Shown: positions 43,374 through 52,928 of the stretch, in pieces
Position numbering within the stretch: position 1 is the stretch's first letter
Layout of the letters: every line of letters begins with the position of its first letter
From: a virus
Lineage: Duplodnaviria > Heunggongvirae > Uroviricota > Caudoviricetes
Direction: 5' to 3' (one strand)
DNA length: 64,000 nt
IMG/VR virus record: IMGVR_UViG_2579778941_000001
The notes under the pieces: model-generated
What the model was told of the DNA's origin: nothing
The model's database searches: none
Seen by the model: the letters and a program-made list of their open reading frames with translations, nothing else
Position numbers and translations under genes: made by a program

Positions 43374-44047
43374 TGGCACCCACAATTTATCACCGTATCG
43401 ACGGTACCAAATACAGGAATGTCTGGGTTGTTGGTGATCTGCATGGTTGCTACACCAGACTGATGTCCGAACTCCATCGTGTGGATTTTGACCCGGCGCA
43501 GGATTTACTGATATCGGTCGGCGACCTTATCGATCGCGGTACTGAAAATGTCGAATGTCTGGAGCTATTGCAGATGCCCTGGTTCAGGGCAGTGATGGGG
43601 AACCATGAGCGGCTGATGATTGATGCGTTAAGTCCAGATGGCAACGTGAATAACTGGCTAATGAATGGCGGACAATGGTTCTTCATGCTGGACACTGATC
43701 AGGAAATATTAGCCTGGGCGCTGGTGGAGCTGGTAAAGCGTCTGCCCTATATCATTGAGTTGAACACGGGGCAAGAAACTATCGTTATAGCCCATGCCGA
43801 CTATCCGGATAATGAATACCAATTCGGTAAGGAGGTGCCGCTTTTCAACGTTGTCTGGGCGCGCGAGCGTATCAGTGATTCGATGGATGATATTGGTGGC
43901 GAAATTTCGGGCGCAGATCGTTTTATCTTTGGTCACACTCCGGTGAAAAGCCCGAAGACATTCTGGAATCAGCAGTATATCGACACTGGTGCCGTATTTT
44001 GCGGAAACCTGACATTGATGAAAGTGAAAGGTGATGGTGCAGCATGA
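43355..44047 (+). CDS. ppp: Ser/Thr protein phosphatase (metallophosphatase, lambda-PP-like)
   Basis: GDLHG, GDLIDRG and GNHE metallophosphatase motifs. Confidence 0.75.
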
Positions 44048-44745
44048 AGATTGCTTTAGTTCTTCGCTCTGGTGGTGACTATAACGCTTCCGATGTGCAG
44101 TGGCTGGTTAATCAACTGCCAAAAGACTATGAAATTATTTGCCTGACAGACCTGAAGTGTTTACATGTACCTGGCGTCAAAGTTGTCCCATTGATCAACC
44201 AGTGGCAAAAGTGCCGTGGCTGGTGGGCGAAAATCGAGTTGTTCCGACCGGATATAACCGATGATCTGTTCTATCTGGATTTGGACACGGTTATTGCCGG
44301 TGATATACGCCCAATCCTAGAGCATCCACCAACCAGCTTCACCATGCTTAGGGATTTTTACCATCCACAATATCGTGGCAGCGGTGCCCTGTGGATACCA
44401 AATAGTGTTAAAGCGCATATCTGGAGTTCATTCTGGCAAGATCCGGAAGGTTGGATTTCTCGTTGTGTCACTACTGAGTGCTGGGGTGACCAGGGGTTCT
44501 TACGAAAGGTTATGGGCGATGATACACCAGCATTTCAGGATCTGTATCCAGGATGGTTTGTAAGTTACAAGGCCGATGTTGTGGAACCTGGTTCAAAATA
44601 TGCGAGCGCGCGTTACTCCAGGGGGAATGGGGCATTACCAAAAGACTGCCGAATAATCTTTTTCCACGGCAAACCGCGACCTCGCGAAGTGTCAGAGGAT
44701 TGGCTTCCCCTTATCAGCTCATTTTTTGAGCGAGAATCAGAATAA
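44044..44745 (+). CDS. Glycosyltransferase-like protein (DxD motif)
   Basis: 233 aa with LDLD motif in a nucleotide-sugar transferase-like context. Confidence 0.35.
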   Translation: MKIALVLRSGGDYNASDVQWLVNQLPKDYEIICLTDLKCLHVPGVKVVPLINQWQKCRGWWAKIELFRPDITDDLFYLDLDTVIAGDIRPILEHPPTSFTMLRDFYHPQYRGSGALWIPNSVKAHIWSSFWQDPEGWISRCVTTECWGDQGFLRKVMGDDTPAFQDLYPGWFVSYKADVVEPGSKYASARYSRGNGALPKDCRIIFFHGKPRPREVSEDWLPLISSFFERESE

Positions 44746-44746
44746 T

Positions 44747-44812
44747 ATTGCTCTAATAATTCCATATTTTTAAAACGTGATGTACACTCATCACGTTTTT
44801 TATTAGAGCAAT
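44747..44812. promoter_or_regulatory. Two inverted C1 operators flanking a perfect 10-bp inverted repeat
   Basis: ATTGCTCTAATAAT ... AAACGTGATG-TACACT-CATCACGTTT ... TTATTAGAGCAAT. Confidence 0.5.
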
Positions 44813-44826
44813 CTACAGGGTGCACT

Positions 44827-45045
44827 ATGTGGCCATTCCGACGGAAATATCACTACTGGCTGATCGCCTTTGTTACGCCGACCGGCGGTATCAGGCATGT
44901 CATCACCAGGTATCGCAACAAGAGACTCACCTTAGCCAGAATTTTACAGGCTGCCATAGGTGAGGGACTGGATACAAATTGCGTAGTCCTTCCTCCTTCA
45001 TACTTAGGAAAAATGACCGAAGCACAAGCTAATACGGAACTTTGA
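44827..45045 (+). CDS. Small hypothetical protein
   Basis: 72-aa ORF. Confidence 0.3.
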   Translation: MWPFRRKYHYWLIAFVTPTGGIRHVITRYRNKRLTLARILQAAIGEGLDTNCVVLPPSYLGKMTEAQANTEL

Positions 45046-45046
45046 A

Positions 45047-46309
45047 ATGAGCACTTCAGCACAAAACCAATCAATCGAAAATGTATCTATCCCTGATGTC
45101 CTGAATGCCGGTATCCCGGCCATTATCCAGAACATCCGGGCCGCGCAACGCCGCGTTAGTTGTGATGACCTCACAGCACGTTTTTTTGATAATGCGGTTC
45201 AGTCAGCGGAGATGCTTCACGCACAGCTTATTGATGTTTATAACGCAGAAGCTGATAGCCATAACTCCCTGGTAGATGCAGCTGAAAATATGCAGTTGGA
45301 TCTCGGTCTGAAGGGTAAAGAAATTGAAGAGCTTCAGCTGCAAATTGAACATTTGAAACGCCAGCAACAGGACGCGATCGACGATGCGACGCATGACGCC
45401 AACCAGCGTGCTGATAATGCCGAACGTATAAGCATTGAGCTGGAAACAAAACTCAATGAAATGACCGCGATGGTTGAACTGCGGAACTCACAGATTTCAA
45501 CGCTAAAATCTCAATATAAAGAGATCATGAAACTTGATCCTTTTAACCTTGAGAAACGCTATAACAAAGCTAAAAGCGAGCGACAGGAACTGCGTAAGCA
45601 GGTCGCCGACCTTAACCAACAGCTCAAAAAAACTATTAAAGATGCAAGCGAAGCGCGCGTGGCATTTGCTAATAAAAAAGCAGAGGTTACCGCGCTGGTT
45701 AATGAGAATGCCAAATTTGCGACGCTCAAGAAGGAAATGTATGGCATTACTGAGCGCCGTTTCCCTGCAAGCAAACTTCATCCGACGTTAGGGCAAATCT
45801 CCTTCTTCCCGCGCCTCCTGGCTTATGGGATCTCATCGCCTAAAGAGTTCAATAACGAGCGTCCTTATATCGTTTCTAAGCTGGACTTTGCTTATCAGTT
45901 CTGCTGCGACATGGGCTATGCCATTGATATCCGAATCAACGAATGGTTGATGCCAAACTTCCAGCCGCTGGCCATTTTCCGCGAGTTCCAGCCGGAAGGT
46001 TGGGTAGAGTTCTTCCATGAATTGATCTGTAAAGAGATGGAAAGCCGCCGCCCGGAACTGGTCCGCCGTGTCGAGTGGGCGCAAGAGGTTATGTTGGCAG
46101 ATGCAGAGCTGCCGTTCGAACCGGAATTTATTGATGATCTGGCAGCTAAAGGGCTGCATACCCTGTTTGATGTGGTTACCCGCCGTCATGAGCAGTTGGT
46201 TGTCGAATTGGGTTTAGAGGAAACAGCGGCAAGAAGACTTCTCGATGTTTGCTATGCACGTAGCGATGCATGGGAAAAAGAGAACGGCGGCACTATTTAC
46301 GTTCGCTGA
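45047..46309 (+). CDS. Hypothetical protein with N-terminal coiled coil
   Basis: 420-aa ORF. Confidence 0.45.
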   Translation: MSTSAQNQSIENVSIPDVLNAGIPAIIQNIRAAQRRVSCDDLTARFFDNAVQSAEMLHAQLIDVYNAEADSHNSLVDAAENMQLDLGLKGKEIEELQLQIEHLKRQQQDAIDDATHDANQRADNAERISIELETKLNEMTAMVELRNSQISTLKSQYKEIMKLDPFNLEKRYNKAKSERQELRKQVADLNQQLKKTIKDASEARVAFANKKAEVTALVNENAKFATLKKEMYGITERRFPASKLHPTLGQISFFPRLLAYGISSPKEFNNERPYIVSKLDFAYQFCCDMGYAIDIRINEWLMPNFQPLAIFREFQPEGWVEFFHELICKEMESRRPELVRRVEWAQEVMLADAELPFEPEFIDDLAAKGLHTLFDVVTRRHEQLVVELGLEETAARRLLDVCYARSDAWEKENGGTIYVR

Positions 46310-46381
46310 CAGTTACAGTGTCACTTTTAATGCTGGTGGAGTGCGCCCACCAGCATTTTTTTCGTCCAATGAGGAGGGCAT

Positions 46382-46888
46382 TTGAGTATTTTCAATAAAC
46401 ACGCACACCAGGAACGTCCGTATATCGTCATAGTTGATATTGATGGAACAATATCAGAGGCAACTGAAGACAGACTGCATTTGCTTCCGCCACCAGGTAA
46501 AGGTGCATTAACAAAGGACTGGAACGAGTTTAATCTCGCCTGTGACACCGATACTCCCATCACTTCAGTTATTGATATGGTGCGCCAGTTATTTAACGTT
46601 TACACGGTCTGGTTTGTAACCGGGCGCTGTGAGATCGCAAGGGATAAAACACGAGCCTGGCTGCGGAAGTACGTAACAAACGGGGCTGAGCCTTTGCTAT
46701 CTATGCGTCCTGCCACCGATGACAGAAATGACGGCCCAGCAAAGATTGATCTCCTTAAGAAAATTGGTCTAAGTAAAATCGCGTTCGCGCTGGAAGATAA
46801 GATTGAAGTGGCGCGTGTTTTCAGGAGGCACGGCGTGCTTACGTTAATGGTCAGGGAGTATGAAAATGCGCTTCTTCATCAACAATGA
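46382..46888 (+). CDS. HAD-superfamily phosphatase-like protein
   Basis: N-terminal IVIVDIDGT (DxDGT) motif. Confidence 0.45.
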   Translation: MSIFNKHAHQERPYIVIVDIDGTISEATEDRLHLLPPPGKGALTKDWNEFNLACDTDTPITSVIDMVRQLFNVYTVWFVTGRCEIARDKTRAWLRKYVTNGAEPLLSMRPATDDRNDGPAKIDLLKKIGLSKIAFALEDKIEVARVFRRHGVLTLMVREYENALLHQQ

Positions 46889-46904
46889 TTGCTCTAATAA
46901 ATCT
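46888..46904 (+). promoter_or_regulatory. C1 operator
   Basis: ATTGCTCTAATAAATCT. Confidence 0.5.
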
Positions 46905-47082
46905 TGATTTTTAAAACGGAGAAAGTGAAAATAAAAACATGCCGCAAGGCGCGGCATGTATCCAATCAATCACAGGAGCTGAAAATATGAACACGGCATT
47001 CAAAATCATTATGGCCGCGATCTATTTCTGGCTGTTCTCTATCACTTTTGGCGGCATCGTCGCACATGGGTAAGGGGGATGC

Positions 47083-47664
47083 ATGAAAGGCGAAGTGAAA
47101 GAGCGCGGCATGATTTTCAACGATGAGATGGTCCGGGTAATTCTTGGCGGGAATAAAACACAGACTCGCAGGATTGTTGAAGAAAAATTCTATGGACGGG
47201 CAGTGGCCGCAGAGTTGCTTGCTAAGCATTGTCCATATGGTCAACCGGGCGATCGTATTTGGGTTCGCGAAACCTACCGGGTACATGGCAAAGCGACGGA
47301 CGTCGCAACGCTGGTTTATCGCGCAAGCGTGCGTAACTCCTGGACAGAACAAACGCACCGGGTTCCGGTCGAGGTTTGTAATAAACCAGTATCAGAAAAG
47401 TGGACGCCATCAATTCACATGCCGCGCTGGGCATCGCGCATTCTTCTGGAAATTACCAACGTGCGCGTTGAGCGGTTGAACGATATCAGCGAATGTGATG
47501 CAAGGGCTGAGGGCGCACCAACAGAATCGACCCTCATTGGCGATAAGCATTACCCAGGTTTCCGTAGCCTATGGAAATCAATTTATGGCGAAGATAGTTG
47601 GAACGCTAATCCTTGGGTGTGGGTAATAGAGTTTGAGCGTATTCAGGGGGCAACCAGTGAGTGA
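47083..47664 (+). CDS. Hypothetical phage protein
   Basis: 193-aa ORF. Confidence 0.4.
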   Translation: MKGEVKERGMIFNDEMVRVILGGNKTQTRRIVEEKFYGRAVAAELLAKHCPYGQPGDRIWVRETYRVHGKATDVATLVYRASVRNSWTEQTHRVPVEVCNKPVSEKWTPSIHMPRWASRILLEITNVRVERLNDISECDARAEGAPTESTLIGDKHYPGFRSLWKSIYGEDSWNANPWVWVIEFERIQGATSE

Positions 47665-47917
47665 GTCAAAATGCCAAATTAATGGCAACAAGATAGAGCC
47701 GTGCGCGGCGTTGGCACAATCCCTGGAGCATGACGCTGAATACACGACGCGAAAAGGTCTGCTGAAATACAAAATCTATAACCATGAATTAATTCATTCA
47801 CAAGACCTGATCATGCTGCGGTCTGGTGAATTTTCTAAATCGCCTATTCGAGTTTCATTTTGCCCGTTCTGTGGTGAAAGTCTGAAAACGTGGGAAGCGG
47901 AGGCAACCAGTGAATAA
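47633..47917 (+). CDS. Small zinc-ribbon protein
   Basis: CPFCGESL motif. Confidence 0.35.
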   Translation: MSVFRGQPVSESKCQINGNKIEPCAALAQSLEHDAEYTTRKGLLKYKIYNHELIHSQDLIMLRSGEFSKSPIRVSFCPFCGESLKTWEAEATSE

Positions 47918-48554
47918 CCGCTTTTACATGATGTGCTTGCGTGAAACTGTGGGTAATAACGCCTCATTCCATTGCCATAACGGCAATGGTTACAGTTCTG
48001 ATATCGATCGCGCTCATGTTTACACGCTGGAAGAAGCCCAAAAAGCCTGGAATTGTGGGCGAGATATCGATCAGCCTGTTTGCGCTGATAGCGTGGATGC
48101 AATGGCTGTGTGGCACGTTGATTGCCAGTACATCCCCACAGAAAGCCTGATTGAGTCAGATTGCACTGCGTATGTGGCCTACAAAAAAGGTAGCTGGAAC
48201 GGCAACGATGTTTACTGGCTTCAACACGGTGGATTGCCAACAGATGACTTCAGTAAAGCGACCATCTTTAGCGTCGCCAACAAAAACGAACCAGGAATAG
48301 TTTGGTTGCCATTTTCCATTGCTGATGCAGCAAAGCGTCGGACGTTCAATATCAATAACTTTAGCCGCAGAACAATGGTTCAGGGCGCAGGTTTGGTCAT
48401 GCCTGACTGGTTGAAAGAGCAGAACAGAAGAAAGAAGTCGCGAAGCGGGAAGGTGCGTTGGAATTGTCCGCATTGCGGAAAAATAACCTGGCAGTACAGC
48501 CCATATGATTTTGAAGGCTGTAGTGATTACAACTGTGAAGGATGGCGAGAATGA
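47910..48554 (+). CDS. Hypothetical Cys-rich protein
   Basis: 214 aa; NCPHCG...CSDYNC motifs. Confidence 0.4.
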   Translation: MNNRFYMMCLRETVGNNASFHCHNGNGYSSDIDRAHVYTLEEAQKAWNCGRDIDQPVCADSVDAMAVWHVDCQYIPTESLIESDCTAYVAYKKGSWNGNDVYWLQHGGLPTDDFSKATIFSVANKNEPGIVWLPFSIADAAKRRTFNINNFSRRTMVQGAGLVMPDWLKEQNRRKKSRSGKVRWNCPHCGKITWQYSPYDFEGCSDYNCEGWRE

Positions 48555-49099
48555 CAATTGACTATCAGGCACTGCGAGATGCGGCAGTTGCAGTAGAAAC
48601 AGAACCTATGCATCAAAATTTTGTGGCGTTTCGTATGGCGTTCACGCCATCGGTGGCACTGGCACTACTGGATGAAATTAAGCGGCTGGAAGACACAAAT
48701 ATTGATGCTATGTGCCGTATTGCAGAGCTTGAGACTAATCTCGCGGCGCTGGTGGCAGAGAACGCCGGACTGAAACACGCAATGGCCGTAACTCTTGAGC
48801 ATGTGTCGGTCACGGATGCAGGGCAGGCTGGTGTTGATGCAATGATTATCAACGATGCCCTACACCACAGCGAAACTCCAGCTACCGATGCTTTCCTGTC
48901 TGAAGTGCGGGCGCAGGGGGTGGATGCTGCTATAGAAGCTGCAAAAAATCTGGTGGCCCAAGAATATGAGTATAAGGATTTCAAAGCGGCGCAGAGTGAT
49001 TGCTGTATGCACCCTGGTTCAGACCTGGTAGGGAAGGTTGAAATGACTGAGTGGTTAGTTGACTTTGCTGCCCAGCTTCGCAAAGGAGGCAACCAGTGA
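48542..49099 (+). CDS. Hypothetical protein, paralogue of the next ORF
   Basis: N-terminal IDYQALRDAAVAVE...ALALLDEIKRLED shared with downstream ORF. Confidence 0.4.
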   Translation: MARMTIDYQALRDAAVAVETEPMHQNFVAFRMAFTPSVALALLDEIKRLEDTNIDAMCRIAELETNLAALVAENAGLKHAMAVTLEHVSVTDAGQAGVDAMIINDALHHSETPATDAFLSEVRAQGVDAAIEAAKNLVAQEYEYKDFKAAQSDCCMHPGSDLVGKVEMTEWLVDFAAQLRKGGNQ

Positions 49100-49848
49100 G
49101 CGAAATTAATTACCAGGCACTGCGTGAGGCGGCGGAACGTGCAATTCCAGCAATGGAACGCCTGTTAATGTTGCCAGCTGATGATGATTTGTTAAGTGAA
49201 CAGGAACTTAAAGATTACGGTGTGGATATTGATGCGCTCAACGCCTTCAAATTTCTGACCGGACCAGAAACCGTGCTGGCGCTGCTGGATGAACGGGAAA
49301 GAAACCAGCAATACATAAAACGCCGCGATCAGGAGAACGAGGAAATTGCGCTAACGGTAGGGAAGCTGAGAGTTGAGCTTGAGGAAGTAAAACAACACGC
49401 TGAAGAATTATCCGAAACCAAGGCTGTTCGTAACCAATGGCGGCCAGATATTTGCCCAATAACCGGACGTGCATTTTTCATGTGGATTGAGCATCCAACA
49501 TTGGGAAATGTGCCGACATATGGTGGCCCATTAGATAGTTACACCATTCCAACAAAGGACGGTGACGGTGAGTTTTCATGTGAGCGTTACGATCATGATT
49601 TTGGCGGTTGGGTAGAAAGCGAATGTCTTGGGTTATATCTGATTGATGATAGAGAACAATGCAGGGTCTACGAACTGGAGGAACGCGTTAAGGAACTGGA
49701 TGCTCGGGAAATATCGCTCCCGGAACGTAGCAGCATGCTTCATCGAACAGATTTTCACGATGATTACCAAACGGTAATGGCATACAAAGTTTCTGAGGTC
49801 ATCGCTGCAATCCGCGCCGCTGGCATCCGTATCAACGGAGGTGAGTAG
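49096..49848 (+). CDS. Hypothetical protein, paralogue of the previous ORF
   Basis: N-terminal INYQALREAAERAI...VLALLDERERNQQ. Confidence 0.4.
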   Translation: MSEINYQALREAAERAIPAMERLLMLPADDDLLSEQELKDYGVDIDALNAFKFLTGPETVLALLDERERNQQYIKRRDQENEEIALTVGKLRVELEEVKQHAEELSETKAVRNQWRPDICPITGRAFFMWIEHPTLGNVPTYGGPLDSYTIPTKDGDGEFSCERYDHDFGGWVESECLGLYLIDDREQCRVYELEERVKELDAREISLPERSSMLHRTDFHDDYQTVMAYKVSEVIAAIRAAGIRINGGE

Positions 49849-50020
49849 TGCGTGTGGTATGTATCAGCTTGTTACCGTACCCGACTCGTTTTTGGGCTTC
49901 TGCGCTAATTGCAAAGCCACATGTCCTGATGGCTGACAACATCATCCCGGCACCAAAGCGCCGCCATACCGGTATTGCAGCGGCACGACGAGCAGCAAAG
50001 AGACGCAGGAGAGCAAAGCG

Positions 50021-50197
50021 ATGAAAAACCGTAAGGCAAAACGACTTTTTTTACAGCGGCCTGTGCGTGTGGTGGAGCTGGTTATTAGCAACCATAAGAT
50101 AGCGGTACTCCATCCATTTGGTCAGGTGGCTTTTGCCGCAAAGCGTAAGCCTACTGCGTCACAGAACAGGCGGAAGAAAGGGTACGCAGTAAGATGA
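50021..50197 (+). CDS. Small basic protein (58 aa), first of a tandem paralogous pair
   Basis: MKNRKAKRLFLQRPVRVVEL...; below ORF-track threshold; stop overlaps start of next ORF. Confidence 0.3.
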   Translation: MKNRKAKRLFLQRPVRVVELVISNHKIAVLHPFGQVAFAAKRKPTASQNRRKKGYAVR

Positions 50198-50382
50198 AAA
50201 ACCGTAAAGCAAAGATTCTGTTAGTTCGTAGAAACGCTCCTGGCGTCTGGCAGTGGGTGAGACTCAGCAACCGACGGATGGGGTTGATGAAATATTACGG
50301 GATGATGGATTGTGGTTTTTGCAAAAAGCCCAGCGCGGCGCAAAACCGCTGGAAAAACCATTTGCGCACTAAAGGAGAGTGA
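50194..50382 (+). CDS. Small basic protein (62 aa), second of tandem pair
   Basis: MKNRKAKILLVRRNAPGVWQWV...; shares N-terminus with preceding sORF. Confidence 0.35.
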   Translation: MKNRKAKILLVRRNAPGVWQWVRLSNRRMGLMKYYGMMDCGFCKKPSAAQNRWKNHLRTKGE

Positions 50383-50383
50383 T

Positions 50384-50899
50384 ATGGCGTTAACACACCG
50401 CGAACTCTGTCAAATTGCGTACAAGTTCCTTAAGCGCAACGGGTTCAAGGTTTGTTTTCATGACCGCTTTATAGCTGTAACCAGTACCGGAGAACAGCCA
50501 GATGCTATGGGGTTCAGAAATTCAGCATCATGCCTGATAGAGGCGAAGTGTTCTCGTGCTGACTTGTTGGCAGATAGAAAAAAGCGTTTCCGTAAAAATC
50601 CCTCACTTGGCATGGGCGACTGGCGATTCTTTATTAGTGAGCCGGGAATTATTTCAATTGAGGATTTACCACCTGGCTGGGGATTACTTCACGTTGTTAA
50701 CGGAAGAGTACGGAAAGTACATGGGTGGCCCAAGGGTAATTGCTGTTGGGGTAATCCTGACGATAAGCCATTTACTGGAAATAAGCAGGTTGAATGCGAT
50801 TACATGTTATCTGCATTAAGGCGCATGGAGTTGAGAGGGCACCTTAATGAAATATATGACGGTGTAATTGTTAATAAGAAAGAAGGAAACGCGGCATGA
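50384..50899 (+). CDS. MmcB-like PD-(D/E)xK nuclease-fold protein (start adjusted)
   Basis: Starts MALTHRELCQIAYKFL with AAAGGAG RBS; D...IEAK motif. Confidence 0.45.
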   Translation: MALTHRELCQIAYKFLKRNGFKVCFHDRFIAVTSTGEQPDAMGFRNSASCLIEAKCSRADLLADRKKRFRKNPSLGMGDWRFFISEPGIISIEDLPPGWGLLHVVNGRVRKVHGWPKGNCCWGNPDDKPFTGNKQVECDYMLSALRRMELRGHLNEIYDGVIVNKKEGNAA

Positions 50900-51759
50900 T
50901 CACTATTACCAAAGAGCGACTGCTGACAATCAAGCAGTGGCGCGAAACATACGGACCTGATAGCAACGTTGTACTGCCAGCAGAAGAAGCGGAAGAACTG
51001 GCACGAATTGCACTGGCATCGCTGGAAGCAGAGCCAGTTGCTTATATTTTCAAACATCCGGCCGGGAAATTATTCTGGGCTTTAACGGATGAAAGCAATA
51101 AAGAGCAACCGGACGTTATTCCTGTTTATGCTGACTCACCTGCGCCGGTTGTGCCGGATGAAATAGACGTAAACGATGTACCAAGGGCGGTGACATATTT
51201 CAAGACACACAGAGATTGTTACGCAGATGGCTGGAACGCCTGCCGCGCCGCCATGCTTCAGTCCGGAAACTTTCGGGAAAACAAGAATTCGTCAACCAAT
51301 AATTTTCGGGAAATCGCGGAAACGTCAACCAACTATCCGGTAATTCCTAGTGAGGTGTTGTCCGCAATCCGGGAGGTTGCCAAGATTCGTGCCGATTTCG
51401 ATGATTTTGACGGTGACAGGCGAGGTATCGGTGATTGTCTGGATGAGGTCGAGCAAGAGCTAATCGTTACCATTAACAAATATGCCAGTCAGTTGGCAGC
51501 AGAACCTATAGCGCCTAATGACGTTCGAGAGCAGACAGCCATTCCGCAAGTTCCGGTAACTCAGGATGGTTGGATAAGCTGTAGTGAGCAAATGCCCGCT
51601 CAAGATGATTGGATTTTAATTTATTCAAAGCACGGTGAGTATATGGCAGGACAGGTGCAAGGGGAATACGTGGAGTTGAGCGACGGCACTTTATCCTGGT
51701 TAGGGAACGCCTTGTTCTGGATGCCTCTACCAGAACCGCCGAAGGAGGTGAATCAATGA
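50896..51759 (+). CDS. Hypothetical protein with DUF551-like C-terminal domain
   Basis: C-terminal DGWISCSEQMP...W...FWMPLPEPP pattern. Confidence 0.4.
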   Translation: MITITKERLLTIKQWRETYGPDSNVVLPAEEAEELARIALASLEAEPVAYIFKHPAGKLFWALTDESNKEQPDVIPVYADSPAPVVPDEIDVNDVPRAVTYFKTHRDCYADGWNACRAAMLQSGNFRENKNSSTNNFREIAETSTNYPVIPSEVLSAIREVAKIRADFDDFDGDRRGIGDCLDEVEQELIVTINKYASQLAAEPIAPNDVREQTAIPQVPVTQDGWISCSEQMPAQDDWILIYSKHGEYMAGQVQGEYVELSDGTLSWLGNALFWMPLPEPPKEVNQ

Positions 51760-51839
51760 GCTGGCCTGAAGCATTCACCACGGTAGGAATTGTGATGGCG
51801 GCAGCACTGGGTTTGTATTCAATTTGTCGCTGGTGGTAA
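51756..51839 (+). CDS. 27-aa hydrophobic peptide
   Basis: MSWPEAFTTVGIVMAAALGLYSICRWW preceded by GAAGGAGGTG RBS; start overlaps upstream stop. Confidence 0.35.
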   Translation: MSWPEAFTTVGIVMAAALGLYSICRWW

Positions 51840-51841
51840 CG

Positions 51842-52075
51842 ATGGGGAAAATAACTTTTGTAGTCGAATTTGAGGATGGTAAAGAGCCACCTGTTAGCGC
51901 CAATCTTGATGTTGCTGGTGGCAGGCTTGTTTCGGTTCTATTTGGTGACTACCGAGATGATTTCTTCCAACCAGAAGAAGTTGATGTGGTGCGAGAGGCA
52001 TTAAACGAGTTAAGTGTTGATAACGATGATGCTCATGCGGAAATCATCCAAAAAATGGAACTGCTAACTCACTAA
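51842..52075 (+). CDS. Hypothetical acidic protein (start adjusted to ATG)
   Basis: 77 aa from MGKITFVVEFEDGK. Confidence 0.35.
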   Translation: MGKITFVVEFEDGKEPPVSANLDVAGGRLVSVLFGDYRDDFFQPEEVDVVREALNELSVDNDDAHAEIIQKMELLTH

Positions 52076-52123
52076 ATTATCAATTATGGTGCTATCACCT
52101 ACGACACCGAGAGAAAATTTATA

Positions 52124-52246
52124 ATGTCAAAAGTAAATGTTTTGATTTTTTCAGTAATTGTAGGTTTTGGTTTTTCTGCTGGAGTGCATATTTATATTAC
52201 GTGGGAAAAAATCATCAACTACGTATGGAGTTGTTTTATTAAGTGA
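52124..52246 (+). CDS. 40-aa hydrophobic peptide
   Basis: MSKVNVLIFSVIVGFGFSAGVHIYITWEKIINYVWSCFIK. Confidence 0.3.
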   Translation: MSKVNVLIFSVIVGFGFSAGVHIYITWEKIINYVWSCFIK

Positions 52247-52253
52247 GGTAAGT

Positions 52254-52547
52254 ATGTGGAGAGGTAATAGTCATGGCAAAAGCCAGATGATACTTACCGA
52301 ATATCAGTTTGACCATAAAACCAATAAATCACGTTCAGTATATTTGCTTCGGCACAATAGCCGCGTAAGGAATACCGTGCTGGAGCAAAATCTGACTGTT
52401 GAAATGGATAATTACGGGGGCTTCAAGCCAACAATTTCGCTTGATGATTTTCCTCGTGGTTTAAGCGAAAGAGAAGCAATGCTGAAATTAGCAGAATGGC
52501 TACAAAGATTAAGCATTGCTATTGAAGATAACTGGTCTGAACCTTAA
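52254..52547 (+). CDS. Hypothetical protein (start adjusted)
   Basis: 97 aa from MWRGNSHGKSQ with GAGG RBS. Confidence 0.35.
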   Translation: MWRGNSHGKSQMILTEYQFDHKTNKSRSVYLLRHNSRVRNTVLEQNLTVEMDNYGGFKPTISLDDFPRGLSEREAMLKLAEWLQRLSIAIEDNWSEP

Positions 52548-52553
52548 ATTTAT

Positions 52554-52928
52554 ATGATGACACTAAAACATTTTCTTGACCGCCCATTATGGGCGGCAGC
52601 CGCAGGCTATGACTTTAATTATATGGATTGCATGTCTTATACCGCCAATGCATACGACCATTCCTTCAGTCTGCTGCTTAATTCTTTAAGAATATTGCCG
52701 CAAACAGAAGTTGGAGAGCTTCATTTATGGCTATTGGGCTTTATCGCGGCTGGAGTTGGTATTGCTGTATGGCCTTTTATTTTCTGGCTGGTGGCTGTTG
52801 TAGTGTGGTTTAAGTGCAAGACGTACCGGAGAAAGTATTTCTTAGGTGATGGAATGACTGATATTGCCAAAATGAACATTGAAAAATGGATTAAGGAATG
52901 TGAAAAGAAATGGCGCAAAAAGAAATGA
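52554..52928 (+). CDS. Membrane protein
   Basis: 124 aa with two hydrophobic helices. Confidence 0.4.
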   Translation: MMTLKHFLDRPLWAAAAGYDFNYMDCMSYTANAYDHSFSLLLNSLRILPQTEVGELHLWLLGFIAAGVGIAVWPFIFWLVAVVVWFKCKTYRRKYFLGDGMTDIAKMNIEKWIKECEKKWRKKK

